DNA from: Actinomycetes bacterium
GTDB lineage: Bacteria > Actinomycetota > Acidimicrobiia > Acidimicrobiales > Palsa-688
NCBI GenBank assembly: GCA_021847945.1
Contig: JAJZNG010000042.1
Coordinates: 7,709 to 71,708 of the forward strand
Reading direction: 5' to 3'
Length of the DNA stretch: 64,000 nucleotides
Made by a program: the position numbers and the translations under genes. How positions within the stretch are numbered: the first letter of the stretch is position 1; every line of letters begins with the position of its first letter. Shown piece by piece: positions 56,091 through 64,000 of the stretch. Below the pieces are notes generated by a model. It searched no databases. It was not told where the DNA came from and saw only the letters and a list, made by a program, of their open reading frames with translations.

Positions 56091-57895
56091 TGGCGACAGA
56101 AGTAGAGACCCATGCCTACGACGTGATCGTCATAGGGGCCGGCGGAGCCGGCCTCAGAGCGGCCATCGCCGCCCACGACGCAGGTGCGAAGACAGCGGTG
56201 ATCTGCAAGAGCCTCCTCGGCAAGGCCCACACTGTGATGGCCGAAGGCGGAATAGCGGCGGCGATGGGCAACTTGTGGCCCGAGGACAACTGGAAGGTCC
56301 ACTTCCGTGACACGATGCGCGGAGGGAAACTCCTGAACCACTGGCGGATGGCGGAGCTTCATGCCAAGGAGGCGCCCGAGCGAGTCTGGGAGTTGGAACA
56401 GTGGGGAGCCCTGTTTGACCGGACACCTGAAGGTCTGATCAGCCAGCGTGACTTCGGCGGTCACCGCTACGCCCGCCTGGCGCACGTCGGGGACCGTACC
56501 GGCCTGGAAATGATCCGCACTCTTCAGCAGCGTGCCGTTGCTCTCGGCATCGACGTGTTCATGGAGTGCACCGTTACGGCACTACTAAAAGACGGTGACC
56601 GCATGGCCGGAGCTTTCGGCTACTGGCGGGAGACAGGCCGATTCGTTTGTTTCGAGTCTCCCGCCGTGGTCCTGGCGACCGGTGGGATAGGCAAGTCGTG
56701 GAAGGTGACATCCAACTCGTGGGAGTACACCGGCGACGGCCACGCCCTCGCGATGAAAGCCGGAGCCGGCCTCGTCAACATGGAGTTCGTCCAGTTCCAC
56801 CCGACCGGCATGGTCTGGCCACCCTCAGTGAGAGGGATCCTCGTCACGGAGTCGGTCAGGGGTGACGGCGGGGTCCTCAAGAACTCCGACGGGGAACGCT
56901 TCATGTTCAACTACATCCCCGAGTTCTTCAAGGCGGAGACCGCCGACACCATCGAAGAAGCTGACCGCTGGTACACGGACAAGAAGAACAATCGTCGCCC
57001 GCCGGAGTTGCTACCTCGCGACGAAGTGGCTCGCGCAATCAACTCGGAGATCAAGGCGGGCAGGGGATCACCCCACGGTGGGGTTTTCCTCGACATCGCC
57101 AGCCGCCGCAGCGCAGAGTACATCCAAAAGCGACTTCCTTCCATGTACCACCAGTTCAAAGAGCTGGCCCAAGTCGACATCACGAAAGACGCGATGGAGA
57201 TCGGCCCGACGTGCCACTACGTGATGGGAGGGGTCGAAGTGGACCCCGACAGCGGCGAGTCCAAGGTAACCGGCCTCTACGCAGCGGGAGAAGTGGCCGG
57301 AGGCATGCACGGAGCGAACCGCCTCGGCGGCAACTCGCTTGGGGACCTTTTGGTGTTCGGTAAGAGGGCGGGAGAGTACGCGGCCAGGTACGCGGCGAAC
57401 CTCGCCGGATCGGGGCCGGTCGTGCACGCTGACGACCTGGAGGCCGCAGCAACCGAGGCACTCGCCCCGTTTAGCACCGAGGGCGGCGAGAACCCCTACA
57501 GCGTGCATCAGGAGCTTCAGACGGTCATGCAGAACCTCGTCGGCATCATCCGAAACGAAGAGGAGCTAAACACCGCGATCAAAGAGATCGACTCGTTACG
57601 CAGGCGCATCGACCACCTGAGCGTCGAAGGCCACAGGCAGTACAACCCGGGCTGGAACCTGGCGATCGACTTGAAGAACATGCTCCTCGTCTCCGAAGCT
57701 GTCGCGAAGGCGGCACTGGAGCGCAAAGAGAGCCGCGGCGGCCACACACGCGACGACTATCCGATGACCGACTACTCCTACTGGGGTAAGAGGAACCTTA
57801 TCTGTGAGCTGGCAGAGAACGGTGAGGTCCGCACACGTGAACAACCCCTTCCCGAGCCACCCCCCGAGCTGGCCGAACTACTTGAGGAGCACTGA
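56090..57895 (+). CDS. sdhA: Succinate dehydrogenase/fumarate reductase flavoprotein subunit
   Basis: 'YDVIVIGAGGAGLRAA', 'AHTVMAEGGIAAA', 'FVQFHPTG', 'HYVMGGV', 'ESRGGHTRDDYP'. The ATG overlaps the anchor stop (TGATG). Confidence 0.95.
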   Translation: MATEVETHAYDVIVIGAGGAGLRAAIAAHDAGAKTAVICKSLLGKAHTVMAEGGIAAAMGNLWPEDNWKVHFRDTMRGGKLLNHWRMAELHAKEAPERVWELEQWGALFDRTPEGLISQRDFGGHRYARLAHVGDRTGLEMIRTLQQRAVALGIDVFMECTVTALLKDGDRMAGAFGYWRETGRFVCFESPAVVLATGGIGKSWKVTSNSWEYTGDGHALAMKAGAGLVNMEFVQFHPTGMVWPPSVRGILVTESVRGDGGVLKNSDGERFMFNYIPEFFKAETADTIEEADRWYTDKKNNRRPPELLPRDEVARAINSEIKAGRGSPHGGVFLDIASRRSAEYIQKRLPSMYHQFKELAQVDITKDAMEIGPTCHYVMGGVEVDPDSGESKVTGLYAAGEVAGGMHGANRLGGNSLGDLLVFGKRAGEYAARYAANLAGSGPVVHADDLEAAATEALAPFSTEGGENPYSVHQELQTVMQNLVGIIRNEEELNTAIKEIDSLRRRIDHLSVEGHRQYNPGWNLAIDLKNMLLVSEAVAKAALERKESRGGHTRDDYPMTDYSYWGKRNLICELAENGEVRTREQPLPEPPPELAELLEEH

Positions 57896-57898
57896 GCA

Positions 57899-58648
57899 AT
57901 GACCTACGACCTGAAACTGCGCATCTGGCGAGGCGACGCCAAAGGCGGAGCACTCCAGGACTTCACTGTCCCCGTCGACGACGGGGAGGTCGTCCTCGAC
58001 GCGGTTCACCACGTGCAGGCCCTGCGCGCCGGGGACTTGTCAGTGCGCTGGAACTGCAAGGCCGGCAAGTGCGGGTCCTGCTCCGCAGAGATCAACGGAC
58101 GGCCACGGCTCATGTGCATGTCCCGGTTGTCGGATTTCCCCAAGGACGAGCCGATTACGATCACCCCGATGCGCACTTTCCCGGTGATCAAGGACTTGGT
58201 GACCGACGTGTCCTTCAACTATGTCAAAGCCGCCGAGGTGCTGGCTTTCACGCCGACAGCAGAGCAACCCAAGGCGCCCTTCCGGATGGCACAGGTTGAT
58301 GTAGAACGCTCCCAAGAGTTCCGGAAGTGCATAGAATGCTTTCTCTGTCAGGACGTCTGCCACGTGGTCCGAGACCATGAGGAGAACAAGCAGGCGTACG
58401 CAGGACCCCGCTTCTTCTTGCGCTACGCCGAGCTTGACATGCACCCCAACGACGCGCTGGACCGCAAAAAGCTAGCGCAAGAGGAACGAGGACTAGGTCT
58501 GTGCAACATAACCAAGTGCTGCACCGAAGTTTGTCCAGAACATATCAAGATTACTGATAACGCGATTATCCCAATGAAAGAGAGGGTGGTCGACGTCAAA
58601 TACGATCCGATACGGTTCTTGCGTCGGAAGCCGAAGGCCAAGGTCTGA
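57899..58648 (+). CDS. sdhB: Succinate dehydrogenase/fumarate reductase iron-sulfur subunit
   Basis: Cys clusters 'CKAGKCGSCSAEINGRPRLMC', 'CIECFLCQDVC' and 'CNITKCCTEVCP'. Confidence 0.95.
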   Translation: MTYDLKLRIWRGDAKGGALQDFTVPVDDGEVVLDAVHHVQALRAGDLSVRWNCKAGKCGSCSAEINGRPRLMCMSRLSDFPKDEPITITPMRTFPVIKDLVTDVSFNYVKAAEVLAFTPTAEQPKAPFRMAQVDVERSQEFRKCIECFLCQDVCHVVRDHEENKQAYAGPRFFLRYAELDMHPNDALDRKKLAQEERGLGLCNITKCCTEVCPEHIKITDNAIIPMKERVVDVKYDPIRFLRRKPKAKV

Positions 58649-58784
58649 CCTGGCTGTCACGGACCGCCGCCAAGCTGATGGGCACAACTTCCTGCCCCTT
58701 CGTGTGCAATTGGTCGGCACCTGTCTCGCCGAGCGGCTAACGTAATGCATCGCCCTCCCCTCGGGCTCCGCCTGAGGGGATCAG

Positions 58785-58859
58785 GGACCTGTGGTGCAGC
58801 TTGGAGTGCACGCCGGCCTGTCAAGCCGGAGGACGCGGGTTCAAATCCCGTCAGGTCCG
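58785..58859 (+). tRNA. tRNA-Asp (anticodon GUC)
   Basis: Acceptor GGACCTG/CAGGTCC, anticodon arm CCGGC-CTGTCAA-GCCGG, T-arm GCGGG-TTCAAAT-CCCGT. CCA is not encoded. Confidence 0.9.
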
Positions 58860-58860
58860 C

Positions 58861-58936
58861 GGTCGGATAGCTCAGTTGGTAGAGCGCGCGCCTGAAAAGC
58901 GCGAGGTCACCGGATCGACGCCGGTTCCGACCACCA
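58861..58936 (+). tRNA. tRNA-Phe (anticodon GAA), CCA encoded
   Basis: Acceptor GGTCGGA/TCCGACC, D-arm GCTC-AGTTGGTA-GAGC, anticodon arm CGCGC-CTGAAAA-GCGCG, T-arm ACCGG-ATCGACG-CCGGT, then A-CCA. It starts 1 nt after tRNA-Asp. Confidence 0.85.
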
Positions 58937-58977
58937 GCAAGCCGCGATGAGTATCGGAACCAGCCGACCGCTCGCCG

Positions 58978-59685
58978 GTGGCCATAGGATGCAGACACGT
59001 GAAAAGCGGCGGCTACAGGTGCGTGCTGTTCGATCTAGGTGGCGTACTTGTGCGCCTTCAGGCGGTCGGACCTATGTCCCAGCTGGTCGGATCAAGCTCC
59101 GATGCCGAGTTCTGGTGTAGGTGGCTGGCGAGTCGGTGGGTCCGTGACTTCGAGCGGGGTAGGTGCAGTAGCAGCGAGTTCGCCGCAGGGATCGCCGCCG
59201 AGTGGGGTATGACGGCGTCGGCCGACTCATTTCTAGAGGCCTTCGAGAACTGGCCCGAGGCGCTCTACGACGGGGCCCTAGCTTTGGTGGCGGATGTCCG
59301 ACGAGCCGTGCCCGTCGGTTGTCTGTCCAACAGTAACCCTCTGCACTGGAATCGCTTCGCCTCTCTGTGGCACCTGGATCGGCTCTTCGACGTACGCTTT
59401 CTTTCCCACGAGATGGGACTAGTAAAGCCGGATCGTGAACTGTTCGAACACGTCGTGGGACGACTCGAAGCGCCACCGGAGTCAATCGTGTTCCTCGACG
59501 ACAACCAGGCCAACGTGACTGGCGCTCAGGAGGCCGGGCTGACGGCGGTGAAGGTTTCGGGGCCGTCCGAGGCTCGCCGGGAGTTGGAGAAGTTGGGGAT
59601 CCTCTCCGCTCGACTGCATGAGCGTGACAACTCGCTGAGGTTGCCATTGGAAGGCGCTCAAACTCGGATTTCGCCTGCAATTTGA
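58978..59685 (+). CDS. HAD-superfamily hydrolase (subfamily IA-like)
   Basis: Motif I 'CVLFDLGGVLV' and motif IV 'IVFLDDNQANVTGAQEAG'. The start is uncertain (GTG 58978 or 58999). Confidence 0.8.
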   Translation: MAIGCRHVKSGGYRCVLFDLGGVLVRLQAVGPMSQLVGSSSDAEFWCRWLASRWVRDFERGRCSSSEFAAGIAAEWGMTASADSFLEAFENWPEALYDGALALVADVRRAVPVGCLSNSNPLHWNRFASLWHLDRLFDVRFLSHEMGLVKPDRELFEHVVGRLEAPPESIVFLDDNQANVTGAQEAGLTAVKVSGPSEARRELEKLGILSARLHERDNSLRLPLEGAQTRISPAI

Positions 59686-59734
59686 GCATGTAGGAGCGGT
59701 ATTTCAACCCGGCGCTGCCCGGCATTATGGAGTT

Positions 59735-60616
59735 ATGCGAGACGACTTTCACGACGACCTGGCAGGTCTCCTCGGCGAGCGCGTTTTGCTGCTGCATCCC
59801 CTCCGAGGTGGTGACGTCGCGGAGGCGTTTCGGGTTGACCTCGCCGGCGGCCGGACGGTTTTCGCCAAGACCCACCGCCGGCCGATTCCGGGCTTCTTCG
59901 TGACCGAGGCGTCCGGCCTGTTGTGGCTTGCCGAGACCGGTGCCGTGCAGGTGCCAGCTGTACTGGCCGTCAGGGACGACGACAGCGAGAAGACCCCGTG
60001 GCTCGTGCTCGAATGGGTCCCCGAATCCGCCGGTGTCGCTCCCGACGAGACCGCTTTCGGTAGGGCGTTGGCGGAACTCCACGGTGCCGGCGCTTCCTGC
60101 TTCGGCCGGGAGGACGGCCGGCGGACTGGTAGTCGTGGTCTTCCTAACGAGCCCTGCGGGTCGTGGGACGAGTTCTACTCAACCCAGCGGCTGCTCCCGC
60201 TGGCGGCCCTTTTGCGCAACGCGGAGCGGCTCGGCGCACAAGCTGACCGGCTGGCCGATGGACTCGAAACCGTAGCCTCGCGGATAGCCGAGCTCGTCGG
60301 CCCGGCCGAGCCACCGTCGCGGCTACACGGAGACCTCTGGGCTGGCAACCGGATCGTCGACCGGGACGGCGTGTCCTGGCTGGTCGACCCGGCGTGCTTC
60401 GGCGGCCATCGCGAGTTCGATCTGGCCATGATGCGCCTCTTCGGTGGGTTCGGTCCCGCGGTGTTCGCTTCGTACGAGGAAGTAGTGCCCTTGGCCGCTG
60501 GCTGGCAAGAGCGGATCCCGCTGCACCAACTCGCTCCTCTCGCTGTCCACGCCGTCAAGTTCGCCGGACCTTATCCCGAGACCCTTGCCAGAGCTCTGCG
60601 GGCGCTCGGCGCCTGA
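59735..60616 (+). CDS. Fructosamine kinase family protein
   Basis: 'LHGDLWAGNRIVDRDG..WLVDPACFGGHREFDLAMMRLFGGF' is the characteristic FN3K/aminoglycoside-kinase-fold signature. Confidence 0.9.
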   Translation: MRDDFHDDLAGLLGERVLLLHPLRGGDVAEAFRVDLAGGRTVFAKTHRRPIPGFFVTEASGLLWLAETGAVQVPAVLAVRDDDSEKTPWLVLEWVPESAGVAPDETAFGRALAELHGAGASCFGREDGRRTGSRGLPNEPCGSWDEFYSTQRLLPLAALLRNAERLGAQADRLADGLETVASRIAELVGPAEPPSRLHGDLWAGNRIVDRDGVSWLVDPACFGGHREFDLAMMRLFGGFGPAVFASYEEVVPLAAGWQERIPLHQLAPLAVHAVKFAGPYPETLARALRALGA

Positions 60617-60655
60617 GATGGAATGGAGACGAGGCCTGTTGCGAGCTCAGTGTTC

Positions 60656-61321
60656 TTAAGGGCGGCCCGGGCTTACTAGGCCGCTTTCGTACGCGATGAC
60701 GACCAGTTGCGCCCTGTCTCGGGCTCCGAGCTTGGTCATGGTCCGGCTCACGTGGGTCTTGGCGGTTAGAGGGCTCATATATAGCGACTCGGCTATCTCG
60801 TCGTTGGTCATCCCGCTCGCTACCAGGGCCATCACCTCGCGCTCGCGGCTGGTCAACGTGGACAGTAACGAAGCGTCGATCGGCCTTTTCGTTCCTCTGG
60901 CGGAGATCGAACCGATCAGCCGCCGGGTTACGCTGGGCGAAAGAAGGGCATCCCCTCGTGCGACTATGCGGACTGCGTCGATCAGGTCGTCGGGTTCTGT
61001 GTCTTTTACGAGGAAGCCGCTGGCCCCGGCCCGGAGTGCTTCGAAGATGTACTCGTCGGCCTCGAACGTGGTCAGGATCACGACTTTCAGCTCGGACAGG
61101 TCAGAGTCGTTTGCGATGAGCCTTGTTGCTGCGATCCCGTCGACGCCGGGCATGCGGACATCCATGAGCACGACGTCTGGTCTGCTCAAGCGGGCCAACT
61201 CGACGGCGGTCTGACCGTCTCCCGCCTCGCCTACGACGGTGATGTCATCCGCAGCGTCGAGAAGGACCCGGAAGCCTGCTCTCACCAGCGCCTGGTCGTC
61301 GGCCAGTATCACCCGGATCAA
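60656..61321 (-). CDS. NarL/LuxR-family response regulator
   Basis: 'MIRVILADDQALVRAG..VVLMDVRMPGVDG' plus 'LTSREREVMALVASGMTNDEIAESLYMSPLTAKTHVSR'. Confidence 0.95.
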   Translation of the reverse strand: MIRVILADDQALVRAGFRVLLDAADDITVVGEAGDGQTAVELARLSRPDVVLMDVRMPGVDGIAATRLIANDSDLSELKVVILTTFEADEYIFEALRAGASGFLVKDTEPDDLIDAVRIVARGDALLSPSVTRRLIGSISARGTKRPIDASLLSTLTSREREVMALVASGMTNDEIAESLYMSPLTAKTHVSRTMTKLGARDRAQLVVIAYESGLVSPGRP

Positions 61322-62634
61322 GACTCAGACGTCCCAGCCGGGAGCGAGCGGGCCGAGCTCGAAAGTTGGTCCGCGTCAAGGTGGGGCCCGTTGGGGCGCA
61401 AGCGGCGACGCTCGGCGCCAGGTTCGGCGCTGGGCCGTGAAGAAGCTCCACCCGTGACGACTGGAAGAAGCGCGCTGACCGTGAAACCTCCTTCTGGGTC
61501 CCGACCAGCCTCGAAAGAGCCGCCGAGAGTCCTGGCCCGTTCGCGCATGCCGGCGATGCCAGTGCCCGAGCCCTCCGTGAAAGTGTCGTTAGTGCCTGTG
61601 GCATCGTTGCTCACCTGAACCAGTATTGCCGAGTCGACCTGCCGGACGGTCACCGAGGCGACCGACCGCGCAGCGTGGCGGACGACGTTGGTAAGCGACT
61701 CCTGCACGATGCGGTACGCTGCCAGGGCAGTACCGGGGGTCGTGTTAGACAAGTCCGTTTCCCATCTCAAGGCGCATTCCACCCCAGCCGACCGGGCTGC
61801 TTCGACGAGAGCTTGGAACGCCTCCCGGTCGGGCAGGGCGACGGCGGGGGTTTGGTCGTCCACTTGTCGCAGCACCTCGAGAATCGACCTCAGTTCTCTC
61901 AAGCCGTCTTTGCTCGCCCGCCGGATGGCCTGCAGCGACTCGGAGACGCGGAGCGGGTCGGTTCCGACGAGTGTTGCAGCGGCGCTCGCCTGCACGTTGA
62001 TCATTGCCATCGAATGCGCTACCACGTCGTGGAGCTCCCTTGCGATTCGTAGGCGCTCGGAGACAATCTGGCGGCGCATCTCGTCTTGCCTCGCTCGCTG
62101 TTGGTCCTCTAAGCGGAGCAGCTCGCTCGCCTTCCAGTGTCTGCGTGCTGAAACGAAAGCCCCCGCGGCCCCGGCGGCGATCATCTCCGCCCACATGTCG
62201 AGTTGAGGTCCTCCCCACCATCCCCAAGTTCCGGCGATGCCACCGGCTCCCCAGATGAAGAGGGCTCCGGCGAGACCAAGTGTCATCGGAGCGAAACGTC
62301 CCGGTCTCTCGACACATAGCGAGAAGTAGGCGACCAGGACCATCACGAGTGCGGCTCCGTACACCTGACCGATGAGCGCCCATGAGACCACACCGGCAAC
62401 GGTCGCCGCGTAAACAGCGAGAGGGTGCGAGCGCCTCCACACCAAGCCGGCGGCGGGTATCGCTAGGAAAGCGAAAGCGGCGTCGGCGGGATGCGAGCGT
62501 AGGTGCAAGCCGGCGTAGACGTGACTCGGATAGGCCTCAGCGGCCGAGCCTGAGATCACCATGGCGAACACCACAGCGACGCCGAACGGCTCGGCCCATC
62601 GGTTTTTGGCGAAACGACCCAACGTCGACAGCAT
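61318..62634 (-). CDS. Sensor histidine kinase (HisKA_3 type)
   Basis: TM-rich N-terminus, H-box 'ERLRIARELHDVVAHSMA', 'QESLTNVVRHA', 'GTGIAGMRERA'. Start set at the internal Met 'MLSTLGRF' (62634); the longest ORF reaches 62814. The stop overlaps the regulator ATG. Confidence 0.85.
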   Translation of the reverse strand: MLSTLGRFAKNRWAEPFGVAVVFAMVISGSAAEAYPSHVYAGLHLRSHPADAAFAFLAIPAAGLVWRRSHPLAVYAATVAGVVSWALIGQVYGAALVMVLVAYFSLCVERPGRFAPMTLGLAGALFIWGAGGIAGTWGWWGGPQLDMWAEMIAAGAAGAFVSARRHWKASELLRLEDQQRARQDEMRRQIVSERLRIARELHDVVAHSMAMINVQASAAATLVGTDPLRVSESLQAIRRASKDGLRELRSILEVLRQVDDQTPAVALPDREAFQALVEAARSAGVECALRWETDLSNTTPGTALAAYRIVQESLTNVVRHAARSVASVTVRQVDSAILVQVSNDATGTNDTFTEGSGTGIAGMRERARTLGGSFEAGRDPEGGFTVSALLPVVTGGASSRPSAEPGAERRRLRPNGPHLDADQLSSSARSLPAGTSES

Positions 62635-62843
62635 CCCCGGACAGGCTACGACCCGGCAAGCGTCACCGCCATACCCTAGAAGAGGACAAGCAGCTGCTCC
62701 AGTCGCTGTAGTGCCGGAGGACTGACCGTACGGCAACGGTCGTAGTAGTTCTACCTCCGACGGAACGACGACAGACGACGAACCTCCAGAGGAAGCTAAG
62801 AGGGCCGCATCCAAGCGGCCTTACAAGATCCAAGGAGGATCAG

Positions 62844-63287
62844 ATGTCCCCAACACGCCGTAACCGTCACGCCACCATCGCCCTTACCGTCGGCGTCGCC
62901 GCTGTGTCGTGGGTCCTCGTCACCCAGCTAGCAGGGGTGAACTTGACCGTGAAGTTCCCGCACAGCTCGCCTTCGAGCGTGGCTTTCGGGGCTGTTGTTG
63001 CGGCTGCCGCCAGTGCAACTATGGCAGGTTGGGTCTTGCTCGCAGCCCTGGAAAGGCTGGTTCCCCGGCCTTTGGTCGCGTGGCGCTGGCTTGCCGCAGT
63101 GGTCGTATTGGTATCACTGTCGGCTCCGGCAGCTTTCGCCACGACTCTTCCAGCAGCAGCCGGTCTGATAGCGATACACCTCGCCGTCGGGACCACGGCA
63201 GTGACTGGCTTCTCCTTGGCCGGTAGGAACGTTGCCGTCAACGCCCCCACGGGCACGCCTGGACGCCTTGTGCGCCGCAGCGCCTGA
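62844..63287 (+). CDS. Small 4-TM membrane protein (DUF6069-like)
   Basis: 147 aa. AGGAGG lies upstream of the ATG. Four hydrophobic helices. It is divergent from the kinase/regulator pair. Confidence 0.6.
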   Translation: MSPTRRNRHATIALTVGVAAVSWVLVTQLAGVNLTVKFPHSSPSSVAFGAVVAAAASATMAGWVLLAALERLVPRPLVAWRWLAAVVVLVSLSAPAAFATTLPAAAGLIAIHLAVGTTAVTGFSLAGRNVAVNAPTGTPGRLVRRSA

Positions 63288-63292
63288 AGCCG

Positions 63293-63910
63293 CTACCGCA
63301 CTTCGGGTTGGGCCAGGTAGGCGGCGACCACGTCGGAGAGGGCGGCGATCCGGTCCCGTGTGCTGCGATAGCCGCGTAGCGGGCCGCCTACCGGGTCGCC
63401 CACCTCCAGCTTCGACGTGAGAGCCAGCAGGTCGGACCTGCGACGCCCGCCGTGCAGCAGAGCGACCTTGCTGCAAAGGTCGCCTTTGTTGTCGAAGGAA
63501 GCCTTCGTCGAACCGTCAGGTCCAGCGACTGCTGGGGAGGCATCGCCGAGCCCGGTCGACTCTACGAGGTACGCAAACTCTCCAAGCAGGAACGTTTTGG
63601 GCCAGCAGGAGTCTTCGAGAAGCACCAGTTCCATAACGTGCTGGCGGGTCATCGCCAGTACCAGGTCCGCTTCCACGAGCATGGCCCTATCGACGGTCCT
63701 GCTCCTGTGATGTGTCAGGTCGACGCCGATCTCGCCCATCACCTCCAACGCCCCTCGTTCGGCCGGAGCTCCGGAGGGGCCGAAACCCGCCGATCCCACC
63801 GTGAACTCCCCGTCGAAGGTTCGGTCCAGTGAGCGGATGAGCAGAGCCTCGGCCATCGGTGACCTGCAGCGGTTCGCGGAGCACACGGTCAGCACTGTGA
63901 AAGGTGTCAT
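63293..63910 (-). CDS. Low-molecular-weight protein tyrosine (or arginine) phosphatase family protein with an internal insertion
   Basis: P-loop 'VCSANRCRSPMAE' (CX5R-S) and a DP loop 'VGDPVGGP'. Start set at 'MTPFTVL' (63910). Confidence 0.8.
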   Translation of the reverse strand: MTPFTVLTVCSANRCRSPMAEALLIRSLDRTFDGEFTVGSAGFGPSGAPAERGALEVMGEIGVDLTHHRSRTVDRAMLVEADLVLAMTRQHVMELVLLEDSCWPKTFLLGEFAYLVESTGLGDASPAVAGPDGSTKASFDNKGDLCSKVALLHGGRRRSDLLALTSKLEVGDPVGGPLRGYRSTRDRIAALSDVVAAYLAQPEVR

Positions 63911-64000
63911 AGGATGCCCCGAGAATGTACTCGCCGCAGTCCCAGCCATGAGAGCACCCCTCAAGTCGCCGACCGAGCAGGTGAAGTTTTGAGAGTTGAA

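Noticed and set aside
58695-58784. Possible degraded tRNA-Glu upstream of tRNA-Asp (Glu-Asp-Phe clusters occur in actinobacteria); 'GCCCCTTCGTGT' resembles a tRNA-Glu 5' end
   Set aside because: I could not fold an anticodon arm, a T-arm or a matching 3' acceptor strand, and a 12-nt resemblance is not evidence. The CCCCTC..GAGGGG hairpin at 58757-58779 is more likely a processing or promoter-proximal structure.
58657-58998. 113-aa minus-strand ORF
   Set aside because: It runs antisense through tRNA-Asp and tRNA-Phe, so it is an ORF-finder artefact.

Overview
This is a high-GC, densely coding chromosomal segment with actinobacterial gene content: an F420/LLM oxidoreductase, MmpL, GT87/DUF2029, Ppm1, ask-asd with an internal beta-subunit start, and an Sdh1-type succinate dehydrogenase. 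I call about 65 protein genes and 3 tRNAs (Ser-CGA, Asp-GUC, Phe-GAA). There is one fluoride riboswitch in front of a crcB-DUF190-crcB operon, three two-component systems, and two GH13 alpha-glucosidase paralogues, one of them frameshifted. Several operons have overlapping stop/start codons. I saw no transposase, integrase, phage, toxin-antitoxin, CRISPR or long-repeat signal, so this reads as core chromosome rather than an island. No clearly new multi-gene system is visible from sequence alone. The most interesting items are: (i) a translationally coupled MurL-like/MurD2-like pair inside a small peptidoglycan neighbourhood, next to an EnvC-like coiled-coil plus degenerate LytM protein, a stand-alone GT51 and an unknown His-motif membrane protein; (ii) a natural Baeyer-Villiger monooxygenase-esterase fusion with a variant BVMO fingerprint; (iii) a tandem family-III CoA-transferase fusion whose second half lacks the catalytic Asp; (iv) two homopolymer-associated frameshifts that may be assembly errors. 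Many long ORFs in the track are antisense or alternative-frame shadows typical of high-GC DNA. Hand-derived coordinates (RNAs, motifs, revised starts) may be off by 1-2 nt.
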